Source of the DNA: Cyclobacteriaceae bacterium
Lineage (GTDB): Bacteria; Bacteroidota; Bacteroidia; Cytophagales; Cyclobacteriaceae
Assembly: GCA_016787745.1 (NCBI GenBank)
Contig: JAEUUB010000786.1
Coordinates: forward strand, 1-50,317
DNA length: 50,317 nt
Direction of reading: 5' to 3'
Each line of letters begins with the position of its first letter. Position 1 is the stretch's first letter. Made by a program: the position numbers and the translations under genes. Positions 36,746 to 44,476 of the stretch are shown here, piece by piece. The notes beneath the pieces are model-generated. The model made no database searches. It saw nothing but the letters and a program-made list of their open reading frames with translations, and was not told the origin of the DNA.

Positions 36746-38869
36746 ATGAAAGGAGATCAAATTCAGGATAAGAAATTTAATCGGTATACCGTTACCGCTG
36801 CGCTTCCATACGCCAATGGTCCAAAACACATTGGCCACCTGGCCGGAGCTTATATTCCATCCGATGTATATGTTCGGTACCTGCGCCTAAATGGCAAAGA
36901 TGTGATTTTTGTTTGTGGGAGCGATGAGCACGGTACGGCCATCCCTAACCAGGCGCTGAAAGAAAATACGACCCCACAGGCAATTGTGGATAAGTATGAT
37001 CGCCAGATTCGGGAGTGCTTTGCCAAGTTGGGTATGTCTTTTGATGTTTACCATCGAACCACCGAACCTATTCATCATCAAACTTCGCAGGAAATATTTC
37101 TTACACTTTTCAATAAGGGACTTCTTAGAGAAGAAAACTCTGAACAGTATTATGATGAAGAGGCAAAAGTTTTTTTGGCCGATCGATACATTGTAGGAAC
37201 CTGTCCGCGATGCAATCATACGAATGCATATGGAGACCAATGCGAAAAGTGTGGATCTACTTTAAGTCCGCGCGAGTTACTAAATCCAAAGTCGACACTA
37301 AGTGGTAAGCCCCCGACATTGAAACTTACCAAGCATTGGTATTTACCGCTCGAGAATTACGAGCCCTGGCTCCGCGATTGGATTCTTAAAAATCATAAAG
37401 AAGATTGGAAGCCGAATGTGTATGGCCAGTGCAAGTCATGGATTGAAGCGGGGTTACAATCCAGGGCAATGACGCGCGATCTGGAATGGGGAATAAAAGT
37501 TCCATTACCCGATGCGGAGGGGAAAGTTCTTTATGTTTGGTTTGATGCACCCATTGGCTACATTTCTGCTACGCGGGCCCTGTTTGAAGAAGTTCACACG
37601 GGCCAGTTTAAATTTGCTACACCTCAACGCGATTTAAGCCATACTAAAAAGGAGGATTGGAAGAAATATTGGCAAGCGGAAGATACCCGTCTCATTCACT
37701 TTATTGGAAAAGATAACATCGTTTTTCATTGTATTATTTTTCCTGTCATGCTGCATGCAACAGGCGAATATATTGTTCCGGACAACGTTCCGGCCAATGA
37801 GTTTATGAATCTGGAAGGGGACAAGATGTCTACCAGCCGTGGTTGGTCTATTGAAATGCATGAGTATCTCGAGGATTTTCCGGATAAGCCGGATGTTCTT
37901 CGTTATGCGCTGTTAACAAATTTACCAGAAGCCAAAGACAGTGAGTTTACCTGGAAGGATTTTCAAGCCAAGAATAACAATGAGTTGGTGGCCATACTTG
38001 GAAATTTTGTTAACCGGGCTGTTGTGCTTACCCAGAAATACTTTGAAGGAAAGGTTCCGGCACAAAAGGAATTATCCGACCTGGATAAAAAGGCCTTAGC
38101 AGATTTAAAAGACTTCCCTGCAAAAATAGCTGCATCCATTGAAACCTATAGATTTAGAGAGGCCACCGCTAACTTCATTGATCTGGCGCGCGCAGGCAAT
38201 AAGTATCTGGCAGAAACGGAACCCTGGAAGTTAGCTAAAACTGATTTGAATCGGGTAGGGACCATTTTAAACGTAGCGCTTCAGATTGCGGCTACCCTTT
38301 CCATTGTAGGGGAGCCCTTCTTACCCTTTACCTCCAAAAAATTAAAGAATCTGTTGGGGGTAACCGATTTATCGTGGCAACAAGCAGGCAATGCAAATTT
38401 GTTGAATGAAGGCGAACTGTTGAAGGAGGCTCCTTTGTTGTTCGAAAAAATTGAAGATGCTGTTATTGAAGCACAGGTGAAAAAACTTTTTGATAAAAAA
38501 CGAACGATGGAATTAGAAAGTCGACCGGCAAATCCCGCGAAAGCGGAAGTTACTTTTGACGAGTTTTCAAAAATGGATATTCGCATTGGTAAAATATTGA
38601 AAGCAGAACGGGTAGAGAAATCAAAAAAATTACTGAAACTGGAAGTAGATACAGGCATTGATAAGCGCATTGTGATGAGTGGCATAGCCGAACATTTTTC
38701 ACCCGAGGAAATGGTTGGGCAACAGGTTACCATTTTAGTTAATCTGGCACCGCGAAAAATTATGGGGGTGGAATCCCAAGGGATGATCTTAATGGCTGAA
38801 GATAAAGATGGAAGTCTTAAACTTCTGGCGCCCGGCCAGGCGATAACGCCCGGATCAACGGTGAGTTGA
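36746..38869 (+). CDS. metG: Methionine--tRNA ligase
   Basis: ALPYANG..HIGH, Zn knuckle CPRC/CEKC, YVWFDAP, KMSTS, C-terminal tRNA-binding domain. Confidence 0.97.
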   Translation: MKGDQIQDKKFNRYTVTAALPYANGPKHIGHLAGAYIPSDVYVRYLRLNGKDVIFVCGSDEHGTAIPNQALKENTTPQAIVDKYDRQIRECFAKLGMSFDVYHRTTEPIHHQTSQEIFLTLFNKGLLREENSEQYYDEEAKVFLADRYIVGTCPRCNHTNAYGDQCEKCGSTLSPRELLNPKSTLSGKPPTLKLTKHWYLPLENYEPWLRDWILKNHKEDWKPNVYGQCKSWIEAGLQSRAMTRDLEWGIKVPLPDAEGKVLYVWFDAPIGYISATRALFEEVHTGQFKFATPQRDLSHTKKEDWKKYWQAEDTRLIHFIGKDNIVFHCIIFPVMLHATGEYIVPDNVPANEFMNLEGDKMSTSRGWSIEMHEYLEDFPDKPDVLRYALLTNLPEAKDSEFTWKDFQAKNNNELVAILGNFVNRAVVLTQKYFEGKVPAQKELSDLDKKALADLKDFPAKIAASIETYRFREATANFIDLARAGNKYLAETEPWKLAKTDLNRVGTILNVALQIAATLSIVGEPFLPFTSKKLKNLLGVTDLSWQQAGNANLLNEGELLKEAPLLFEKIEDAVIEAQVKKLFDKKRTMELESRPANPAKAEVTFDEFSKMDIRIGKILKAERVEKSKKLLKLEVDTGIDKRIVMSGIAEHFSPEEMVGQQVTILVNLAPRKIMGVESQGMILMAEDKDGSLKLLAPGQAITPGSTVS

Positions 38870-38922
38870 GATATTCTTTTCAAATCAAGTTTTATACTCT
38901 TTTAAAGCCACTTGTGGGCCCA

Positions 38923-38942
38923 TATGTAACAGGGGTTACATA
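38923..38942. promoter_or_regulatory. Palindromic operator upstream of the sulfur operon
   Basis: Perfect inverted repeat TATGTAAC-AGGG-GTTACATA. Confidence 0.6.
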
Positions 38943-39043
38943 AAGGGTAGTGGTATGTGATAAAGATCATTGGATGTGGTGAGCATCATCATTACGAATG
39001 AAGCTGACGGCTCCTACTTTTACATCACCAACCAAACAAGAGT

Positions 39044-40291
39044 ATGAAAAAGTTACTGATTCTTGGGGCCGGTACAGCGGGTACTATGATGGCCAACAAA
39101 CTTTCCAGAAACCTAAATAAAGGACTTTGGGAGATTACAATTGTTGATAAGGATGAAAACCATTTTTATCAACCTGGTTTTTTGTTTATACCCTTCGGTA
39201 TCTATCAGCCAGAAGAAGTAGTTCGTTCAAAACGCGAATTTCTACCCAAAGGAGTAAATTTCATTGTTCAGAATATTGAAAAAATTGAACCTGAAAATAA
39301 CCGGGTGCTTCTTACTAATGGTGAAGTGTTAGGGTACGATTTGCTGATTGTAGCAACGGGCACTGTGCCTGTTCCTGAGGAGACGGAAGGGCTGAAAGGG
39401 AAACTTTGGTATAAAGACATTTTTGATTTCTATACCTATGAAGGTTCGACTCGTTTGGCTAAGAAATTAGATAATTGGACGGGAGGAAAATTGGTAATCA
39501 ATCTGGCAGAAACACTCATTAAGTGTCCGGTAGCGCCCTTGGAATTTACTTTTCTGGCGGATGCTTATTTTACTGAGAAGGGAATTCGTGATAAGGTGGA
39601 GATCTTTTATGTTACCCCCTTGTCTGGTGCATTCACAAAACCTAAGGCCACCGCCATGCTTAGCCAACTATTGGATGAGAAAAAGATTAATGTTATTCCT
39701 GATTTTTATTTGCAACAAGTAGATAACGACCGCAAAGTATTAATCTCTTACGATAATAAGGAAGTGCCATTTGATTTATTGGTTTCTGTACCTGTAAACA
39801 AAGGTGATGAAATGATTGAAGCCAGTAACCTGGGAGACGAGGATGGATTGAATTTCATTCCAACCGATAAACACACACTTCAATCTAAAAAGTATGACAA
39901 CATGTTTGTAATTGGGGATGCAACCAACGTACCGGCTTCCAAGGCTGGTTCCGTAGCTCACTTTGAAGCAGAAATTTTAACGGAGAATATACTGAGTTAC
40001 ATAGTTAACGAACCGTTAGCCGCTAGTTTTGATGGCCACTCAAATTGCTTTATTGAAACAGGCTATGGCAAAGCCACCCTCATTGACTTCAACTATGATA
40101 CAGAGCCACTGCCCGGAAAATTTCCATTTGCTAAAATTGGGCCTATGGATTTGCTCAAAGTAACCCGGGCCAACCACTATGGTAAACTGGCCTTTAAGTG
40201 GGTGTATTGGCATATGCTCTTAACTGGTAAGAAACTTCCTGTTAGCACTAACATGTCGATGGCCGGAAAACTTGTGGAAACGAATTACTAA
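39044..40291 (+). CDS. Sulfide:quinone oxidoreductase-family flavoprotein (type III-like)
   Basis: GAGTAG FAD motif, YQPGFLF, KCPVAPLE, IGDAT..SKAGSVAH, GHSNCFIETG. Confidence 0.85.
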   Translation: MKKLLILGAGTAGTMMANKLSRNLNKGLWEITIVDKDENHFYQPGFLFIPFGIYQPEEVVRSKREFLPKGVNFIVQNIEKIEPENNRVLLTNGEVLGYDLLIVATGTVPVPEETEGLKGKLWYKDIFDFYTYEGSTRLAKKLDNWTGGKLVINLAETLIKCPVAPLEFTFLADAYFTEKGIRDKVEIFYVTPLSGAFTKPKATAMLSQLLDEKKINVIPDFYLQQVDNDRKVLISYDNKEVPFDLLVSVPVNKGDEMIEASNLGDEDGLNFIPTDKHTLQSKKYDNMFVIGDATNVPASKAGSVAHFEAEILTENILSYIVNEPLAASFDGHSNCFIETGYGKATLIDFNYDTEPLPGKFPFAKIGPMDLLKVTRANHYGKLAFKWVYWHMLLTGKKLPVSTNMSMAGKLVETNY

Positions 40292-40312
40292 TTAAACCAA
40301 CCAACTAAATAT

Positions 40313-40624
40313 ATGGAAACGCTAACCTATAACGGAACACAAATCGAAGTAAATGCCGAAGGGTATTTGAAGGACATGAATCAATGGACTCCAGAGTTGG
40401 CTCATGAAATGGCAAGCAAGGAGGGTATCGAATTAACTGAAAAACATTTTGAAGTTTTAAACTGGCTTAGAACCAAACAGGCCGAGGGAACTGCGCTGAG
40501 TATCCGCAAGATTGGGAATTCAGGATTGGTGGATATCAAGCAGTTTTACGCACTATTTCCCGGAGGTCCATTAAAAATCTCAAGTAAAATAGCTGGGATT
40601 CCAAAACCAGCCAGTTGCATTTAA
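40313..40624 (+). CDS. TusE/DsrC family sulfur relay protein
   Basis: EGYL....W, LTEKHFEV, YALFPGGP, KIAGIPKPASCI (single penultimate Cys). Confidence 0.9.
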   Translation: METLTYNGTQIEVNAEGYLKDMNQWTPELAHEMASKEGIELTEKHFEVLNWLRTKQAEGTALSIRKIGNSGLVDIKQFYALFPGGPLKISSKIAGIPKPASCI

Positions 40625-40648
40625 ACACTAACCTTAAACTAATACGTT

Positions 40649-41185
40649 ATGCAAGAAATCTTAGATAAACCGACTACCAAAGCAGCTTCGGTTCCTGTTG
40701 ATAGAAATAAGGGCAAAGTGAAGAAGGTATTGATCATTTGCTCTAAAGGAAAATTAGAAGACGTATATGCAGCCTTAGTAATGGCTAATGGCGCCCTTAT
40801 GGAAGGTATTCAGGCTAAAATGTTCTTTACATTTTTTGGACTGGAGGCAATTACCAAGAAGAATGCAGATCATCTTCACACAGCCACAGTTGGTAATCCC
40901 GCCTTTATGCCGGGTATGCCAACCTTAGTAGCCGGTTTACCTGGCTTTGAAGCCTTTGCCAGTTACATGATGAAAAAGGAAATGGATAAGTTAGACATTC
41001 CTCACGTTACAGAATTCTTACAGATGATTGAAGCGGGGGGTGGTGAAATCTACGCCTGTAAATTAGCAGCCGACATGTTTCATTTAAAGAAAGAGGATTT
41101 TGTAGAGGAAGTGAAGGAGATTATCACGGTGGGAGATATGTACGCGCTTGCGGAGGGTGAAGGCACTCAGATAATTTTTATCTGA
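40649..41185 (+). CDS. DsrE2-like (DsrE/DsrF family) sulfurtransferase
   Basis: MFFTFFGL, IYACKLAADMF, short C-terminal IIFI; operonic with SQR and TusE. Confidence 0.85.
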   Translation: MQEILDKPTTKAASVPVDRNKGKVKKVLIICSKGKLEDVYAALVMANGALMEGIQAKMFFTFFGLEAITKKNADHLHTATVGNPAFMPGMPTLVAGLPGFEAFASYMMKKEMDKLDIPHVTEFLQMIEAGGGEIYACKLAADMFHLKKEDFVEEVKEIITVGDMYALAEGEGTQIIFI

Positions 41186-41207
41186 TTTTGGTTGGTGTGG
41201 GTTGATT

Positions 41208-41243
41208 GAGCCGCTGAAGTCATTTAGCGGCTCTCCTTTTTTT
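41208..41243 (+). terminator. Intrinsic terminator of the sulfur operon
   Basis: GAGCCGCTGAA..TTAGCGGCTC stem followed by TCCTTTTTTT. Confidence 0.7.
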
Positions 41244-41802
41244 ATTGGTTATATAAACTCATCGTTCTTTCGGCCCCCTGCGTACAAAAGGATTTTATCA
41301 TCTCTTCCGCTTTATCCATAAGGGCGGGAAGGTTCTCAATTTCTGGTTGCGAAAAATTGCTAAGTACATAGTCTACCTGCTGACCTTTGTTGAATTCGCT
41401 CCCAATCCCAAATCGCAAGCGTGAGTAATCTTGTCCGCCCAGCAACAATTCTATATTTTTCAAACCATTATGCCCAGCCGCACCTCCTTTAGTCCGCATG
41501 CGAAGTGTGCCAAAAGGAAGTGCCAGGTCATCAACAATTACCAATAGATTCTCTTTAGGAATTTTTAACTCCTGTAGCCAGTAGGTAACGGCTTTACCGC
41601 TAAGGTTCATGTAGGTATTCGGCTTGATGAAATGAAGCTGACGACCTTTAAATTTAATTTCAGTTTTATCAGCCAGCCGGGTTGTAGCAAATTCTGCTTT
41701 GTGATTATCGGCAATACGATCCAATACAAGGAAACCGATGTTATGGCGGGTCAACTCGTATTCCGGACCAACATTCCCAAGGCCTGCGACTAGATACTTC
41801 AT
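41242..41802 (-). CDS. pth: Peptidyl-tRNA hydrolase
   Basis: GLGN.G..Y..TRHNIGF, KPNTYMNLSG, GHNGLK, RLRFGIG. Confidence 0.97.
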   Translation of the reverse strand: MKYLVAGLGNVGPEYELTRHNIGFLVLDRIADNHKAEFATTRLADKTEIKFKGRQLHFIKPNTYMNLSGKAVTYWLQELKIPKENLLVIVDDLALPFGTLRMRTKGGAAGHNGLKNIELLLGGQDYSRLRFGIGSEFNKGQQVDYVLSNFSQPEIENLPALMDKAEEMIKSFCTQGAERTMSLYNQ

Positions 41803-41823
41803 GGTTTGCAAGTCTAAGTAAAT

Positions 41824-41859
41824 AAAAAATCCCATCCTGCCTGTTGCCGGATGGGATTT
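41824..41859 (-). terminator. Intrinsic terminator after rplY
   Basis: Minus strand AAATCCCATCC...GGATGGGATTTTT. Confidence 0.75.
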
Positions 41860-41874
41860 GTATTGGGAAAATGA

Positions 41875-42555
41875 TTACTTTTTCTTTTCGTCCTTTTTAG
41901 GAGCCTCCGCTTTCTTAGCATCGGCTGCAGGAGCCGCAGCTGCACCTGCCGCAGGAGCCGCAGCACCGGCTGCAGGAGTCTCTGTGGCAGCCACCTCTTC
42001 CGCCAATTTAGCAGAACGAGGAACCTCCACAACCGCGATAGAAGCTTTCTTAGGATCTACAAACTCTAAGTTTTCGAATTTAAGATCTTCAACTTTTACG
42101 GAGTGATGAAAATCCAATTCCGAACAATCAACATCAATATGATCGGGCATATGCTTAGGGAAAGCAAATACCTTTAACGAAGCGCGCTTACGAACCAAAG
42201 CACCTCCTTTTGATACTCCGGGAGCCTGGCCAACCAGACGCGTGGGAATATCCATCTTAATTTTTCTGTCTTCACTGATTTTCAGGAAATCTACGTGCAA
42301 AATCAATTCACTTACCGGGTGAAATTGAACTTCTTGCATGATTGCCTGACACTCTTCACCTTCTATGTTGAGGTGCACGAAGTGAGCTTCGTTGGTGTAA
42401 ATTAAATCGCGGAACAAAATAACGGGTGAATAAAAATGAACTTGTTCATCTCCTCCGTAAAGTACGCAAGGCACATTGCCTTCTTCACGGATTTTCTGAG
42501 AAGCATTCTTGCCGAGATTTGCTCTTCGATACCCTATAATCTCGATAGTTTTCAT
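41875..42555 (-). CDS. rplY: 50S ribosomal protein L25/Ctc
   Basis: VPCVLYG, QFHPV..ILHVDF, GVSKGG, Ala/Pro-rich tail. Confidence 0.95.
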   Translation of the reverse strand: MKTIEIIGYRRANLGKNASQKIREEGNVPCVLYGGDEQVHFYSPVILFRDLIYTNEAHFVHLNIEGEECQAIMQEVQFHPVSELILHVDFLKISEDRKIKMDIPTRLVGQAPGVSKGGALVRKRASLKVFAFPKHMPDHIDVDCSELDFHHSVKVEDLKFENLEFVDPKKASIAVVEVPRSAKLAEEVAATETPAAGAAAPAAGAAAAPAADAKKAEAPKKDEKKK

Positions 42556-42583
42556 AATTGTGTATGGTTTAAATTGTTAATGA

Positions 42584-43513
42584 TTACAAACGAATAAATA
42601 AAGAACTGATTGACTCGTGGTCGTGTATCTTCCGAATCGCTTTCGCAAACAAGTCAGATACCGATAACACTTTGATTTTAGAAGTCTCCTGTTTGAGAGG
42701 TATGGTGTCTGAAACCACTAGCTCTTCCAGCACGGAGTTTTGAATGTTTTCATAGGCATTGCCCGAAAGAACAGCATGTGTACAAATTGCACGAACCGTA
42801 TTGGCCCCTTTTTCTTTCAGCAAAGCAGCGGCCTTGCAAATTGTGCCGGCTGTATCCACCAGATCATCCACCAGCACGACATCTTTTCCTTCCACCTCAC
42901 CAATCAGGCGCATCGACTCAATTTTGTTGGCTTCTTTCCGGTATTTGTCGCAAACGGCAAGGTCGGCCCCAAAAAACTTTGCGAAACTCCGGGCACGCTT
43001 GATTCCGCCAACATCCGGAGAGGCAAAGATTATGTTTTGAAGTTTGAGTGACTTCAGGTAGGGCACAAAGATGTAATTGCCGTCCAGGTGATCGACAGGG
43101 ATATCAAAAAAACCCTGAATCTGATCTGCATGCAAATCGCAGGTCATAATTCGGTTAGCCCCGGCAGCCGATAGCAAATTGGCGATCAGTTTTGCCGCAA
43201 TTGCCACCCGTGGTTTGTCTTTTCTATCCTGGCGGGCATAGCCAAAGTAGGGGATAATTACATTTACATTGGAAGCGCTGGCTCTTCGGGCCGCATCAAT
43301 CATAAGCAAAAGCTCCATGAAATTATCGGCAGGTGCAAAGGTCGACTGCACAATAAATACATCGTGACCACGTACCGATTCGCCAATAAAAGGCGACATC
43401 TCGCCATCGCTAAACTGCTGATAATTAACCGTGCCGAGGGTTTCACCATAGGCGTTGGCAATTTTTTCTGCCAGATAAGCGGTTGCTCTTCCCGAAAATA
43501 TTTTTACAGCCAT
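42584..43513 (-). CDS. prs: Ribose-phosphate pyrophosphokinase
   Basis: FSDGE, PYFGYARQDRK, DLHADQIQGFF, VDDLVDTAGT. Confidence 0.97.
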   Translation of the reverse strand: MAVKIFSGRATAYLAEKIANAYGETLGTVNYQQFSDGEMSPFIGESVRGHDVFIVQSTFAPADNFMELLLMIDAARRASASNVNVIIPYFGYARQDRKDKPRVAIAAKLIANLLSAAGANRIMTCDLHADQIQGFFDIPVDHLDGNYIFVPYLKSLKLQNIIFASPDVGGIKRARSFAKFFGADLAVCDKYRKEANKIESMRLIGEVEGKDVVLVDDLVDTAGTICKAAALLKEKGANTVRAICTHAVLSGNAYENIQNSVLEELVVSDTIPLKQETSKIKVLSVSDLFAKAIRKIHDHESISSLFIRL

Positions 43514-43563
43514 GGTGTTTTACTTCAAAAATTAAATCCTGGTTTTACCCAGGATTTTACGTG

Positions 43564-43634
43564 TTGTCCTACTAGGATTCGAACCTAGAAAGGCAGAATC
43601 AAAATCTGCAGTGTTACCATTACACCATAGGACA
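43564..43634 (-). tRNA. tRNA-Gln (TTG), CCA not encoded
   Basis: TGTCCTATGGTGTAATGGTAACACTGCAGATTTTGATTCTGCCTTTCTAGGTTCGAATCCTAGTAGGACAA; cloverleaf with GTTCGAATC T-loop and anticodon stem GCAGA/TCTGC. Confidence 0.95.
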
Positions 43635-43658
43635 GTGTTAAGCCCAAATTTGGGACTG

Positions 43659-43666
43659 CAAAGGTA
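43659..43666 (-). promoter_or_regulatory. -7 promoter element (TACCTTTG) for tRNA-Gln/prs
   Basis: Exact TAnnTTTG match 24 nt upstream of the tRNA. Confidence 0.65.
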
Positions 43667-43732
43667 GAATTAATTTTGAAAAGTGAAAACGGGATTTTGT
43701 TAGTTTTCACAGAATTTTAGGGGATTTTTAAG

Positions 43733-44311
43733 CTACTCAAGTTCGTTTTCCTGCATACTGGCAGTACTCCCTTCCGAAAAACCCTCGGCCATAAATCGGT
43801 ACTTATCCAGAATGGAAATAACCGCATTCCGCAAGTGCCGCTCGTTATTAAAATTTATGCTTCCGTATAATGTGGTTGCGTAGCCTTGCCAGATTGACCT
43901 GTTTTGTCTCCTGTCGAAGAATTGAATTAGCAAGGTTCCGGTTTTGAGATCGAGTTTACGCTGATCGTAAGACAGATCTTCTGATTGGTTTTTTATCCAA
44001 TCTTCAATGTCTGGCTGGTCGTATCCATTAAAGCGCAGGCTATCGGTATACATTTTAAAACCGATAATAAGGTGGGGTCGGGTTTCTGTCTGCTTATACC
44101 CTAAAAACTTCATTCTGGAAATGATTGATTTCTCCACTATTTCATTTACCATGGTGGTATCCTCTACCCCAATGGGCCGCATAATTTCAAAGGTTCGGTA
44201 TTTTTTAAAGTTCCCACGATAACTATAATCGTACTCAACAGGAAGTTCTTTATATCCCAGGCAGGAGGTTAATAGAATCAACAACAAAAGCGGAAAGTAT
44301 AAACGCTTCAT
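43733..44311 (-). CDS. DUF4136-like lipoprotein
   Basis: Lipobox LTS-C; FKKYRTF; GTLLIQFFD....IWQG. Confidence 0.8.
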   Translation of the reverse strand: MKRLYFPLLLLILLTSCLGYKELPVEYDYSYRGNFKKYRTFEIMRPIGVEDTTMVNEIVEKSIISRMKFLGYKQTETRPHLIIGFKMYTDSLRFNGYDQPDIEDWIKNQSEDLSYDQRKLDLKTGTLLIQFFDRRQNRSIWQGYATTLYGSINFNNERHLRNAVISILDKYRFMAEGFSEGSTASMQENELE

Positions 44312-44476
44312 AGAAAGTGGTTTAAAAAGAAAAGGTACTGGAATTTAGCACGGAAAACAAGAGTCAGATTTTACTCAATCGTTTTCTGATTAAAAATTAA
44401 ACGTTTTTGAGAGAATGTTTAAACTATGTACATGTTTAACCCTAATTTCATGAAAAATTAATTATTGCCTACGCTA

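Noticed and set aside
40313-41185. TusE/DsrE as evidence of dissimilatory sulfite reduction or reverse Dsr
   Set aside because: No dsrAB in the window, and the carrier lacks the second DsrC cysteine.
41803-41835. Upstream ATG extension of pth
   Set aside because: It begins inside the rplY terminator stem; the conserved start is MKYLVAGLGN at 41802.
41890-42000. GC-rich GCAGGAGCCGCAGC repeats
   Set aside because: They encode the ordinary Ala/Pro-rich tail of L25/Ctc.
43564-43733. tRNA-Gln as an integration site
   Set aside because: No integrase, duplicated tRNA 3' end or foreign genes; the flanks are housekeeping.
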